Shown here in pieces: positions 34,637-48,582 of a stretch of 64,000 nt of DNA; position 1 is the stretch's first letter; every line of letters starts with the position of its first letter. The notes beneath the pieces were generated by a model. That model was given only the letters and a program-made list of their open reading frames with translations. It ran no database searches and was not told where the DNA came from. Location: contig NW_003314286.1 in the NCBI RefSeq assembly GCF_000143415.4, positions 511,766-575,765 of the forward strand, read 5' to 3'. The position numbers and the translations under genes are program-made. Origin of the DNA: Selaginella moellendorffii. Lineage: Eukaryota; Plantae; Lycopodiophyta.

Positions 34637-37270
34637 GCTGTGGCGGACATACCTGAGGCGTCTTGGGGGGATGGCATCTTTGCTGGAGCTGGTGGCGCGC
34701 TGGAAAGGGTGCTGGCGAGCTGCTGTTGGCGACTTAGGTTTGTGTCCCGTGAAACTTGGTGGGGTTTAGTTTGAACGGTGGCGATTGCGTGCCAAGATCT
34801 GAGGGCTGTGATATGTTGTGGAGATGATGATCTGGTGGCTGAGATTGAGCGTTGTTGGACAGTATCTCGTGGAGTTGATCGGATGGTAGCTTGGGACTTA
34901 GCGTTTTGTGCCGAGTTGAGAGTGGCGACTGGAGGGTTGTCCAGGAGAAGTTGCCGGTGATGGTTTCTGAGTAGCGTGTTGGCCGTTGTTGATGCCATGA
35001 GGCTTGCTGATTGTCGATGATGCTCATTGTGGTATCATCTGGTGTTGCTTCTCGGTACGGACGGCTGGTGTTGAGTGTTCGGTTCGAGTGGCCGGGAGAG
35101 TGTTTGGGGAATCTCTCGGTTCCGGTAACGAGTTGCGGTCGGAAGTGTTGCTGAAAGGTGGTCTGGATGTTGCAGAGGTTGATGTAGTATGGTCGGAGCT
35201 TGTTGAGGTTGACAGTTTCGGTGAAGTCTCCGGCGAGGGTGGTGACTTTCGCTGTCGAGTTGGGGTAGAGTTCGGTGATGATGAAAGGTCCTTGCCACTT
35301 GGTTTTGAGCTTGTTGCCGAGCTGAGTGATTGGTCCTCGATACCAGAGTACATGATCGCTGGGAGAGTACTTTGGAGGCTTGTTTTGAGCGAGTCTTCGG
35401 TCGTGCCGGGCTTTTCTTTGCTTCTGGATGGTGTGGAGGGTCCACAAGGTGGTGAAGCGGAGCTTGTCAAGTTTCTCGAGTTCGAGCAGTCGTTGCCGGA
35501 AGATGTGCCGGGGATCTAGGTCGTACTTCACCGCGACACGCATGCTGGGAATGATGAACTCGATTGGTGTTATGGCTTCTATTCCGAAGGCGAGCTTGAA
35601 CGGTGTCATGTCGGTGGTGATCTTGTATGCTGTCCGGTAGGCCCAGAGAACGTCTCCGAGTTTCTCGTCCCAATCTTTGCCGGAATCGCTGATGACTTTC
35701 TTGAGAATTGTCTTGAGGGTCTTGTTGGTGGCTTCAGCTTGGCCGTTGCCTTGCGGGTAGTAGGGCGTTGATGTCTTGTGTCGGATCTGGAACTCTTTGG
35801 TAAGGTGTGTGATGGTTTTGTTGATGAAGTGGCTGCCGCGGTCGGTGACGAGTTCGAGTGGTGTTCCAAAGCAGGTGATGATGTTCTCGTAGATGAACTT
35901 GGCTGTTGCCTTGGCGGTTGCTTGCTTGAGTGGAGCTGCTTCGGCCCATTTGGTGGCCTAGTCGGTGGCGACAATGATGTACTGGTTCTTCCGGGCTGTG
36001 GTGATTTGAGGTCCGACGAAGTCGAGTTCCCATCTCTGGAAAGGCGCGACCGGGAAGGTTGGGTTGAGCGGTTGACTCTGAGTTTTCGGCAGAAGTCGAT
36101 TCCTCTGGCAGGTGTCGCATTTCCGGCAGAAGTCTTTGGTATCTCGCCAGATTGTCAGCCACCAGAGTCCTGACTGGAGAATCTTCCGGACGGTCGTGTC
36201 GGAGGTGAAGTGGCCGCCAGACAGTCCAGAATGTGCTTTGTTTATAATCTGGAGGGTCTCTGGAACTTTGATGCATCTTCTAAGTATGTTGTCGATGCCG
36301 AGTTTGTAGAGGCTGCCGCCGATGATGGAGTACTGGCGGGTTTTCGAGACAAAAGTCTTTCTCTGGTTTGGCATTGTATGCTGAGCTGGGACTTTTGCTG
36401 AGCTGAGGTAGGCGAAGATGTCGTCGAGCCATGTTGCTGGTACTGAAATTCGAAAAAGGTTGGAGTCGGGCAAATCGTCGGCGAGTCGATTGGGCGATTC
36501 TCTGGTGGTGACGCGGCTGAGGAAGTCGGCCTGTTCATGCTGTCGGCCGGGCTTGTGGATGATTTCAAAGTTGTACTCTTGGAGTAGAAGGAACCATCTG
36601 GAAATTCGGCCGGAGAGTATGGGCTTGTTGATGAGGTAAAGGAGGGCCTTGTGGTCAACGAAAATGACGACTTTGCTTGAAAGAATGTAGTGCCGAAACT
36701 TCTGGAGGGCGTAAACCATGCCAAGGGCTTCTTTCTCGGTGGTGGTGTAGTTGCGTTCGGTCAAGGTGAGTAGTCTGCTTGCGTAGTAGATCGGCTGGTC
36801 TCGGTTGTCCCTCTGGGCTTGGCTAAGCACTGTGCCGGTGCTGATATCAGAGTTGTCGACGTGGATATGGAACTCTTTGGTCCAGTCTGGTTTGGCAAGT
36901 ATTGGTGCGGTAGTGAGCTTGAGCTTGAGGTTGTCAAATGCTGTCTGCTGAGTGTCCGACCAGATCCACTGGGCGTTGAGCCGGAGGCCGTCGGTGAGAG
37001 GTTTGGCGATGTCGGCATACTTGTGGATGAATCTTCGGTGGTATCTGATCTTGCCGAGAAATCTTCGGATGTCCTTCTGGTTCTTTGGCGGGTCGAGCTG
37101 AAGTATGACTTCAACTTTGTCCTTGTCGATGAGTATACCGTGTTTGCAGACAATGTGGCCGAGAAGTACTCCGGACTTGACAAAGAAGGTGCATTTCTCG
37201 GGGTTGAGGGCGATGTTGTTTTCTTCGCACTTCTCGAGGCATTTCTTGAAGCACTCGAGATGGCAGTCTT
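32848..37270 (-). mobile_element. Inverted partial copy of the same Gypsy element (RT end, RH, INT, longer 3' ORF)
   Basis: 34053-37270 is the reverse complement of 29629-32847 with scattered substitutions; 32848-34052 continues the minus-strand 3' ORF. Confidence 0.95.
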
Positions 37271-40200
37271 GACCTAGCAGTCCGGTTCATCACTACAGCC
37301 TCTGGCTTGACGAAGATGAGCTTGCTACCCCTCACATGGACCATAGTCAAGCAATCCTCCTGCGTTAGGAGAAAGTCAAATGGTAATATTACTCGCGTCT
37401 GATCGTGCATCATCTGTAGCAACGTTAATGCATTGTGGCGCATCATGGATGTCCAAACTCCCAATTGCAAATTGAACCCGGCCCTCTGTTTTAAATGTCG
37501 CATGGTCATTATTAGATCCCGCAGTTTCTCCCGTGTGATTAATGTGAATTTGTCTCTTTTGACCAACTTGCGACCGCAGGCTTTGGAGGGTGCAGTGACA
37601 TTCGAGGACGAGCCACGCTCATGGGAGAAAAGGACACCGTTCAGATCAAAAACGATACAGTACTTTCGCCGTGACTCTGAAATGAAATGCGTCAGCATAA
37701 AAAATGGTACAAGTCAATTTTACCATCTACAATATTAGCGAATGGTGCTCCCGATGGTTGTTGAGAGGGTTTTGGTCGAGGAAACGTGAAGGGCGGAAAT
37801 ACTCTCCTCTGCAATGTGGGGTCAATCGCATTCGATGGCGTGTGGGCACATGCCATTTCAGCTGTAGACTCTGGTACAACTGGCTCAACAGTGGCATGGG
37901 GTGGTTCCGATGGCGTGTGATCACACGCCATTTCAGCTGGTGCCTCCGTTGGCAAAGTGGACATGACCGAACAGGCAGCAGGGGCGGTGTAGGGAGGTTC
38001 CAACGGCGCGTAGTCAGACGATTGGGCACACGTTGAGTCCGTTGGAAATGAGGATACGACCGGCTCGGCGGCTGGGGCGGCCTCATGCGGGTCCAATGGC
38101 GCCTAGTCACCGTCAGTTGGATACGTGGACAAGATTGACTCAGTGGTATGGGCAGCATCAAGTGGAGCGTGGTCAGCTTGCTTGGCGTTGATATAGATAG
38201 TAGCCTCCACCAGCTCTGATGACTCTTGCAGGCAAGTAGAGTCCACTGGCGGATCCATATGCATGTCCAAATATCTCCCTTCGATTGAGATGGTATCCTC
38301 CCTACTGGCTACTAAAAACAAACTCATTAGCACATTGAATCGACTATACTGTATTTACCATCAACTGCTATTGAGGAACTAGGACCGATATCACTTGGGC
38401 GCACTGCTGATTCTGAAGGATTGGACATACGTTTCGACCATTGCTTGGCACTATCCTTCCTCGACACTAAAGGCTAGAGTTTGTATCTTAATTCAACTGA
38501 ATAATCTCTACTTACCATTTGCTTTGCAACCTACATAGACAATGTTAGAAATGGTAAAAGGTTAGGAATGGATGTACTATTATTTACTTGATGGTTTGTC
38601 TTGTATGACCTTCCTCCGCTGCTCTTTGGCCACCTCAGGCTGGCCATCGTCGTTATCATCGTCGTCGTCGTTATTGTGATCGTCACCATTATGAGGACCA
38701 TCCAAGTCCTCTTCGTCCTCCTCTTCTTCGTCCTCCTCTTCTTTGTCCTCCTCTTCGTCCTTCTGCTCTTCCTGCTCATTATCTTTCTCTGGCTCCTCAT
38801 CCCCCTCCTGCATTTCTTCCATAGGCTGCTCAGGCTAGATGGCTTGTTCTTCCAGGACCATCTTGGGAAAATCATCTGGCCGAGTCTCCATCTCAAAATA
38901 CAAGACATCCATAGCCTGTTTTAGTGTGTGACCTAGGACCGTATCCTCACCCGACTGTCTTAACATGGTTTCTGCACGTTCTTGCACCCTTCGAAGACGA
39001 CGAGATGAGAAAAACGTGGCCCTGACTTGAAAAGCATCCCTCATCCATTGTACCTCTCCATTGAGATTGGGGAAGGGGAGTCCGCCATAAGAATCTGAGT
39101 CAGGAGGTGGTGACCGCGAGGCATTACCTATCATCTTTTCGTTGCCCTTCTTCCTTTTCGAATCAAACGCCTCTGATCCCGACGGCTGTCCAACGTGCTT
39201 TCGCTTTTTATGACCACTGTCAGTTTGAGCTTGGCTGGTGCTTGCCTGTTTTGCCTTTGAAGAAGTGTCTCCTGCAAGGAATGGCATGAGACCACACGCC
39301 ATTGCAAATATAATTTGTACCTCCTTTTTTCCTATTGCTTGTCTGTTTGTCCTTCTTCGACGCGCCACCAGTGCACTTTTCAGTCCTCGTGTCTGAATAT
39401 TCACAACGATCTATAATCAAAATGGCGTGAGGCCTCACGTGACCTTACCTTGTGTAGGTTGTGAGCTCGGCCCAACATGGGTATCTTCAACAGTAGCTGT
39501 TAACGCCGTTTCAGCATCTGGGGGTGGCCACGCTCCTGCATACAGAGCTTGTGAGATAACATTTAAACTTAAAGTGCGTACTCACCAGGTTTGCAGAGAA
39601 GATACTGTTTTTCTTTGGCAACTGTAATTATATGCTGCATTGAAGTCACCTCTTCAATGGAGTTTGTCACCGCAACACACGGGACACCCTTGAGTAGTGT
39701 GGCTCGAAAGAATAGTCCGCCGCAGTTGTACTCGACAACGCATTTGCCCTTGGAGTCGGAAGCAGGTGCTATTGCGTTGAAGACCCAGCTGAGCATTTCC
39801 CATGCTGCACCTGGAGCTTTCTCTGGATTCGAAAGCTCCATAGCCGTCTTCAGTTCCTCAGGCACGGGTAAATTGACCTCCCTCAGATCAATTCGATCGG
39901 CCTTGTCGAACGAAGCTAGGAAGTCACTCCAGTCCCACTCTGCTGCAGGACCAATAACAAGGGCGAGTGTGAAGATGCGAACATTCGTCGGTATCTTCTT
40001 CTTAGCCATTATCCCATGGATCTCCTGCATCTCCTTGCCTTTCAACCGACCCTTCACCTCGTTCAAGGCCTTCCAGAACTTGTGATAGGATTCGGAGTCG
40101 TAGATCATATAGTGGACTGAAGATTCCACCTCCGCAAGTCCCACCATTAAGTCAATGATGGAGCTGACTTCGTCTGCATGAGTGATCTCCTCATTTGTGA

Positions 40201-42152
40201 AGTCCATCACACAAAAGATGTTCTTGACCTACTCATCTCCGCGGGAAACGATGCTCCTCCACCTTTGATCCTCATCCGAATTCACGTATACCTGGTAAGG
40301 TTCTCGATAGGCCTCTGCTGCGGGGTCGAGCTGTTTCTGAAGCCGGCGGTCGACATCCCTCTTAATGAAATTTGGATACTGATCCAACTTCTTAGCTTTA
40401 CTTTTCGTGGCATCCCGCAGCAGATCGATGAACTTGGGGGCCCCCTTCACATAGTCGTCGATGTCTTCATTTGACAACTCCAGCTCTTCCATCATCTCTT
40501 GCGTGGTGTCGATGCTCACCCTCTCCACGGCCACTTGCTCGAAGATCCAATCCTTCAATAGCGCACGAGCTCTCAGAGTCGTGCACAAGTCCTCGTATGT
40601 CACAATATGGCCGGGAGCCATTTTGGTCTTGTTGAAGACTACCTCACCACGTAGAAGAGCATTAGCCACTGTCAAAAGGTCGTCGTCGTCTAGAGACCGC
40701 GAGAAACGCAAGGCGTTGAGCTTCAAATCATTAGGCTTCCGGCCGTCCTCCACACCCATTGAGTTTAGCAACTCCCCGTCATGGTACCTCCTTAGCACAT
40801 CTACCCATTTGTCAAAAACAACTTTTGTCGCGAGTAGAATGTTATGGATGCTGAGTGTGTCATTGACCCCCAGTGTTTTCGAGAGAAGACTCGAGAATTC
40901 CTGCAATGGAAATAGCGTGAGGCCACATGCTATGCCACATGCAACGAGGCTTACCTGCCAGGCGCTAGTTGCTAGTGCACGTCCTTGTCCTGGTTTTTGT
41001 GGCTTCTTCAGTTGAACCCAGAGCTTCCGTGTTCGTGCCAATGTCTCGTGCAAACCCGATTTGTAGCACGTTTCTTGCTTGACATTCTGCGCGTGGGAGA
41101 TGGATATGATAGATCGGAGGGGTGAGTTGCCTTTTATCAGGCGGACAACTCTTGTCTTGAAGACTTTCTTCACCTCCTCGCCCACCATAATATCCACAAC
41201 TATCTCTTGCATCGCCAAGCTAGAATGCTGCTCGGAGACGGCATAGAACCGGATGTTCTATGCCAACACCTTCCTATTGATCAAGTCTGGAAACCTCGTC
41301 TTGCCCTTCATTGTTCGGTAGTAGGGGATCACGTCTGCGATGTCGGGTGTTATTGGACTTGCCAGCATCTTTTGCTTCAGTTTCTCCACCCACTCATCAG
41401 ATACTAGCCTGTGGTTGTATTTGTTTTGGATGTCGATACGGCTCACGTCGATTGTATATACTTTGTTGGAATAGTAACAAGTACTATTATCTGCGACGAT
41501 TTTTGCTGCCTCTTTTTGCTCTTTCTGCTCTTTGCGGCTCTTCTTTTTTGGTGGGTGTAGTGTTCGAACCCGAGGCAATGGCATCACCGAGTAGCTTCTT
41601 TTTTGGAGCAAGAGAGTCGGACGTCGGCTTGAGCTTGACCACCCTTTTCTGCTTCGGGGTAGTTTCCAGATCGACCCCCTTCCCCTTCGCTTCGCGAACT
41701 GGAGGCACTCTCAACGGCTCAATGTTGGAATATAGTTTTTGAACATCGCTGTAGGTGAGGTCCATGGATTCCATATGATCTTCATAGACCCGCAGCGTCT
41801 TTGAAATTGTGGGCCTCCTGGACAACCTCTCCCTAGCTCCCTCTAGGAATTCCTCATAGCCGCTACCCCCCTCCAGGAAGCCGCTAGGATGTGCAAGGTG
41901 GATCTTGAAGGCGGACGCTGTCTCTACCACAAGTGCCAGTCCATATTCTTGCATGGAACTGCATGGAGTGTCTGTCACTTGGATGAGGATCCCCATGCAT
42001 TCTTTTCTCCCACCATCTGTGTTGTACAGCCTCAGATGCTCGCCTTCCATCCCGAAAGTCCAACTGGTGAGCTCCTCCCCCTTCTCTGCATCCACATTGA
42101 CAGTGGCTGGAAGAAGAACGCAATTCCTCGCCTGTTCAGAAATGCACAACAA
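37271..42152 (-). pseudogene. Disrupted copy of the ParB-MTase-like-NIF fusion gene
   Basis: Homologous to 51515-56869. Frameshifts near 41545 and 41258, TAG at 40229, a deletion near 39114 removing a splice acceptor, and the NIF domain cut at 37271. Confidence 0.85.
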
Positions 42153-43961
42153 TTAGAGCTGACAGATGAAAAGCTAGTAGCTGGAAATAACGTGAGGCCA
42201 CACGCCATTCACCACTGCATCAGATGTCTTGAGGCTGCATCCTAAGATGGCGTGAGGCTACACGCCATTTGTAACCGGACTGCACTCGAGAGCCCAATCG
42301 GTGCATGCCAATGTTGCTACTGAATGGCATTTGGCCTCATGCCATTTTCTACTTGGCCTAAAAGACTTACCATTTGAAGCCGAATGGAGGCGTGACAATC
42401 GAGGCCAGACTCGCTGGCGAATGTGCACTGTGTGTGCAGCAGATCGTAGCAGCAAGGCTACTCTGCCACTTAACAGTTGGAGAGTGGCGCTGAAATCTCC
42501 CGGGACACCAAGTGGGCTGCGTGTGGGTGGCGGAGTGGGCGGCGGAGTTGGCGGCGAAGTTACAAACTGGGTGTGTCTTGAAGTGGACGCCGATGCACAC
42601 GAGCGCGATGCGAGTGCGAGTGTGATGCAAGCGCGAGTGGATGCCGATGCACACAAGAAACCTGTAGAGAAGGTAGATGAGTGCGAATGTGAGCGTGATC
42701 GCGAGTGGGAGCGCGATGCGAGTGCGAGTGTGATGCGAGCGCGAGTATGAAGCAAAATGCAAAACCTAACCTCACACACGCGAAATGTCACAACGGTTGG
42801 TAATCCTGCCACATCATCATTCCTCGGACTTGGGCGCCACCATTAATTTCTGGATTGCCGCACGCATGCAAGCACGCAAAATCCAAAAGAAATCCGCAAC
42901 GTCATCATTCCTCGGACTGCATGCACGCGAAATCCAAAAGAAAGATCATGATTGGGATATCATTTAATACCCTCGCTATATTTATACCATGCATGATTGG
43001 ATATTCCAAAGCATCTTGTATTTCCAAAAATGGCAGATGTTCAGCTGAATAAAGAAATTCTATCTGTTTCTATTTTTCTCTCAAATCAATATTATAGCGT
43101 GTGGGCTCATGCAATTTTGAATTAAAGAAACCCAAAAAACGTTGGACCCAAAATATTTTGAAAAAACCCAAAAAACCCTAAACATTTTAAACCTAAAAAT
43201 CCAGGCGTTCTGTGGCGTTATTCCTTGAATGGCGTGTGGGCGCATGCCATTTTCAGGGCCAAATGCTGAATGGAGAAAAATTCCCTTTCAGTGCAAATGC
43301 TGCAAGAGGCAGATGCCAAGCACAAAAGACTGTAACTACCTCACATGACACAGATAAACTTTTCTCTATTTGGCAAAGATAAACTTTATAGCGTGTGGGC
43401 TCATGCAATTTTGAACCCAAAAAATGCACCAAAAAATTCTCGGCGTCATCTGGCATTATCTCTTGAATGGCGTGGGGCCGCATGCCATTTTCAGGGGCAC
43501 ATAGGAGTATATTCCGAGGATATTCTGACACGCGCGAGATTTTTTTGAGTTTTCTGGAGATCCAACCGTTAGATCGCAACTAGATTTTACAGAATGGTAT
43601 ACAATGTCTTTCTTGATGACCCTGCAAAGAAGCATCTCGATCGGACACCACATGAGACCACACGAGCCTTGCAATGTTTCAGGGGCATTTGCCATAGATC
43701 CGACCGTTATTTTGCTCTAAGATTTTACAGTTTGGTGTGCATTGACCTTTCCATCGACACTGCAAAGGGACATCACAATCAGATGCGGGATCACAAGAAA
43801 CTAACTTCACTAACTCTGGTTTCACCAAGATCTACGTAAGGAGTTATGAAATGAAAGGACCCTCTCTATTGAAATGTGTTTATGGTCTTAGGGGCATTGT
43901 GACATATCAAAGGATTTTGCATCAAGTTCTGTATTTGCATGTTTATCAAGCTACTGAATTG

Positions 43962-43988
43962 CTAAACCCTAAACCCTAAACCCTAAAC
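43962..43988 (+). repeat. Short plant telomere-type repeat (CCCTAAA)3; (CCCTAAA)4 at 58648-58681 in copy 2
   Basis: CTAAACCCTAAACCCTAAACCCTAAAC read directly. Confidence 0.85.
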
Positions 43989-45133
43989 ATGTGGTAAATG
44001 CTGCATGAAGAAAGATGCCCTTTCTGGGCAAATGCTGTAAGAGGCAGATGCCGAGCAGATGTATCTCAGGCTAGCGAAGGGGACAAACGAAAGCTAGCTA
44101 TAGACGAGATGCAAATAGATTACTAGGCTGGTCCTGCGAAAATCAAAAACCATAATTGAAAACATTGAAAATGGAAAAAGAAAGGTTTATAATATTTTTG
44201 AATTTTAAGCAACCAAAGGAATGTAAGTAGGGCATGTTTTTGTAAGTTTAAAAATGCCTCAACCACTTAAATTCCCAAGTAAATAAAGCTGTTTCTATTT
44301 TTGGTACAGGTAAACTTTATAGCGTGTGGGCTCATGCAATTTTGAACCCAAAAATGCACCAAAAAGTGCTCGACTAGCATTATTCTTTGAATGGCGTGTG
44401 GCCTTATATTGCCATAAATGGACATACACACACAGCATAATTATTCCTTTACACAGTGAATAATCTTGGCGCGGATCGCTGACATGGCATGGCAAAGTTC
44501 GAATCACTGACATGGCATGGCAAAGTTCGAATCACTGACATGGCACAGCTGGATCGAGGCAAGGACATGATGTGACAAAGTTCAACCTCCGACAGCAAAG
44601 TCTAGAAGCTACTCAGTTTGAAATTTGTCAGAGGAGTCATAAGATCTGGTTTGTCAGAGGATTTGATGTGACGTTCAAGCGTGTGTTATTTTTGAATTCT
44701 CGAACTCATTCCTAGGTCTATCATTTTTGTGCGCCGTGTTCTTGGTTCCGCTGAGCGCAGTGAGCGCTGCTTGTGTAAGCGGCGTTGTGAGCTGTGGTTT
44801 ATGCGTCTACGAGCGGTTGCGGCATTGCGAGCGCCATTGCGAGCGGCAGTTTATGCAAGTGGCAGTTTGTGCGAGCGGCGCTACGAGCAGTTGCGGTGTT
44901 GCGAGTGGCGCTACGAGTAGTTGCAGTGTTGCGAGCGGCATTGTCTTTGGTGTGGCTACCGCTTCCTCTTGATATTCGGCACTTGTGCTTCCTGGTATGT
45001 TCACCATGGAATGGCTTAGGACCACATTTAGAAATGGCATGAGGCCACATGCCATCTTGGGCCCTTGCAATTTCATGGCTAGCGTATTGTCATGTATGTT
45101 TTTACTTGCCTGCAGCTGTGTGTATATCAAGAT

Positions 45134-45322
45134 GGCATGAGGCCTCATGCTATCTTTGGCCCCTGCTAGCCTATTGCCATATTCCTTTTGCCTTGCTGCA
45201 ACTGTATATATTTTTGTATGGGTGACTAGTCACGCACACAAAAATATATATAGTTGCAGCAAGGCAAAAGGAATATAGCAACAGGCTAGCAGGGGCCAAA
45301 GATAGCTGTGAGGCCTCATGCC
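45134..45322. repeat. ~190-bp near-perfect loopless palindrome, present only in copy 1
   Basis: Centre GTGACTAGTCAC (45222-45233); arms GCTATCTTTGGCCCCTGCTAGCCT...TATTCCTTTTGCCTTGCTGCAACT and its reverse complement. Confidence 0.92.
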
Positions 45323-45513
45323 CATTAGTGGTACCACTAATGGCATGAAGGCTCATGCCAATTTTGTGAATGCGAAATTTCACGTGGGTGTCAATAGCAT
45401 GTTTGAATAATGGCATGTGGCCGCATGCTATTGAGGTTGTTTGGTATGTTATGATTTAGGCCATTCTCCAATCATTTTTTGTATGGTCTTAACTTTTTTT
45501 CTGCACTTTCAGA

Positions 45514-48500
45514 ATGGCCTTCAGGGTTGGGGAAAAGGTTTACATTTTAAATGGTGGGAAGAGAGTTGCAAAAGGGACCCTTGTGTCTATGGATCGGAAC
45601 TTTGTTATACACTGTTAAAGGCTTGGGGAAGGCAATGCTGCTGTATCAGTAGAGACTGTCTTCAATGGGAATGTGGTCGCTATTGAACAAGGAGAGATGG
45701 TCGTCGGGGTAAATGTTGTTGTTGCCTTGAAAAATCTTCAGAAGAAAGCAGATGTTGGGGACAGCGCAAGTGCGACGCATGTTCCCTCCGTGGATCTTAA
45801 GAACCGTGCTACATGGATTCAGGCGAAGGTGTTTCTAAACAACCCCGAGGGGGAGGTGGTAGCTGAGGGCTTAGCCACAGTTGTCGATCCAAGAGATGCG
45901 GTTGCTAATCAAGAATTGGGCTGGGATGATATTGGAGTTGCGATTTTAGAGGTTGTTGACACAGAAGAAAACAGTCTGACTATTGGAAGCATTGTGCGGT
46001 GGAAATTGAGGCACTTAGTGTTTGAGAATGTGAAGGATTCACAATCAAACACCACTAAAACTGATGACAGAACATCTCTTCATGGGAAAAGAAAGTACAC
46101 CTTCCTAAAGCGCAACCAAAGGGATCTGAGTAACGAATCGAAAAGGCAGAAAATGGCGATGGAGGTTCGAATGGTCTCGACAGTTGCTTGTTGCAAGAGG
46201 AGGTGCTGTCAACATGCTGATTGGGATGCTATTGAAGAGGAGAGAGCAAGATACAAGACATTGTCCTGGAAGGCAGCTCGCAATTTTGTGTATGAGGCAT
46301 TACGGTCATCTGTTGATGCTTCAGAACATCAGGTGGGGGGCATGGTCTTCCAAAGGGGTTTGGTCTGCATGAAGGCATGGAGAATCATTTATGGAGTCCC
46401 TCGAACCACATTCTACAGAATCAAAACTGAGTTCGAGGAACAAAGGGTTCAACAGGTAGTCCATGGGAACGACGGTACGCACAAAACCAGGGGTCATGTT
46501 GTATATGGAGAGGCAATCTTCAAGAGGTTTGTCGAGACATGTAGCGAGCAGCAACCACATAAAACCCGCCTCTTGGAAGATGGAACACGAGACACCCAAC
46601 AAGTTCTCCCTTCCATGTATACCAAGGGGGCCATATTGGAAGATGTGAATCGGGAATTCCAGAGTAATGGCTACAGGAAGCTGAGCCAATCTAGATTTAG
46701 TAGATTGTGGAGCAACAGGTTCAGGGATGTGAGTATAGGAAAGTACTCCAGCTTTTCAAAGTGTGACGAGTGCACTACTATCAAAATGGCTTTGTCGAAG
46801 AATTCTTGCAGCGCTCAAGAGCGAGAGACATTGGTTAGAAGGCGGCTCGACCACAACATCGAGCAGAGAAGCTGCAGGACTGCATATTATCATAACAGGA
46901 TTCTCTCCATGGAGAGACCTGACTCTTACCTCTGCATCATCCACGACAAAATGGACCAGAAAAAGACGTGCTTACCTCGACTCAATCCTGCCCCCAAGGC
47001 AATCTCTTCATCCATGCAGCTGCCTGTGTCTCTGTTTGGCATAATCGCTCATGGGCATGGTGCCCAGAACTATGGGAACTTCTTTGTACCTCTATGGGGT
47101 GGCGGGGGTGCAAACATGATGATTGCGTCCCTAGCAAAACACTTAAGGTCTCTGCAAAGTGCGCAGACTGAGTTGAACGGCCAACCCTTGCACAAGGCCC
47201 TTGTCGATCGAACCCCATACAGGGTTCAGCTGGAGGAGGAGCAAAGGCTTGCAGTATCGCATGGGGCCCCATGCCATCCCAGTGAATATGTTGGCCGTCA
47301 GATTGTAGGGTTATCACGTGAGGCCTCATGCCATTCCGACGAGGCTGGTCGCCCGGTGAATGCACAGCCTCATCCAAACGAAGCAGAATCTCAAGGAAGT
47401 TCTTGCGGCCGATGTGGCCTTCCACCCCATCTTCTGCTCCAAACAGACAATGCTGGCAGTGAGAACAAAAACATGTACGTCTTCGCGTACTTGGCGATGC
47501 TTGTTGCCAAAGGCATATTTGAAACGGTTACACTTGGCTTTCTCATGGTTGGGCACACTCATGAAGACGTCGATGCCATGTTCAGTCACCTGGCAGAGTC
47601 CCTCCGGCGATCTAATGTCCTCACCCTCCCACAACTCTATGATGAATTCCAAAATTGCATCAAAGGCACTGTTGAAGCTGCACTTTTGACAGAGGTTCCA
47701 GACTTTAAGGGGTTTGTAAGAGGCTACATCAGGGACGGATCCGAAACGCTGATTGGCCACTCCAAGCCTCTTCAGTTTCATTTCAGCATGCGTGACGGTG
47801 CTCCAGTGATGAGGTACAAGATGAGAGAATGGGACACAGTGTGGCTGCCAGTGGACGGCATTGAACTCTTCAAGAGAGATCCCATAACTGGGGAACCTAT
47901 GATTCCTCAGGGTTCCCCACGGCCGATGCACCCGGATGGACTCAAAGACCAGGAAAGTATAGTGGCCAGGATTAGACAGCATATTGCCTTCTGGAAGAGG
48001 GGGTTGGTGTTTGGTGGAGAATCCTATTTTCAGAGGTGCAAGCCTTTGCTCGAATACTGGGAGAAGATTATATCTGCTATCCAAAATGGGCTGGTTGTAT
48101 ATGAAGAATTGGAAGAGTCCTTTTGGCCAGAACCCAGAGCACCAGATAGTAGCGGAACAATGTCCTTTGGAAATGCAGTGACAGATAACGATGTTGAGGA
48201 TCACTATTGTGGGCCGAGGAACAAGAAGCTGGATTCAGCATTCAATCTAGTACAGGTCTGCAAAGGAATGGTCGTGCTTGTCAAACCCAGTAATAAAAAA
48301 CAAATGATATGGGTGGGGCACTGCATCACTGATGCAGAGGAGGACGTGGAAACTAACTCCTTCAATGTAACTGTGGAGTGGTTCAAGCCAAGTTCCGGAT
48401 ATACGAAGGATTGCCTAGAAAAGAGATGGGTGCTGAATCCAAGGGATCCTAGCATGAGCATATCGGTGGATAATGTTGTGCATGGTTGGATGCGGAAGCA

Positions 48501-48582
48501 GAGTGCCACCATCACCTTGCCAGACCATGCAAGAGATGCAGCAAGAGCATTCATAACCCGGGTTCAAGGTGAGATTCATTAA
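45514..48582 (+). pseudogene. Sola-like transposase, copy 1, premature TAA at 45616-45618
   Basis: Near-identical to 60012-63080; GAA-to-TAA at codon 35; the remaining 969 codons are open. Confidence 0.85.

Noticed and set aside
26993-36830. Many overlapping alternative-frame and antisense ORFs in the Gypsy region
   Set aside because: Expected shadows of C/A-biased, stop-poor retroelement coding sequence; no independent motifs.
37111-37698. NIF ORF with a novel C-terminus
   Set aside because: Read-through across the 37268-37270 breakpoint into Gypsy RT sequence in the wrong frame; the intact version is 51515-52399.
43962-43988. Telomere or chromosome-fusion scar
   Set aside because: Only 3-4 units, at the same position in both transposon copies; more like a telo-box tract.
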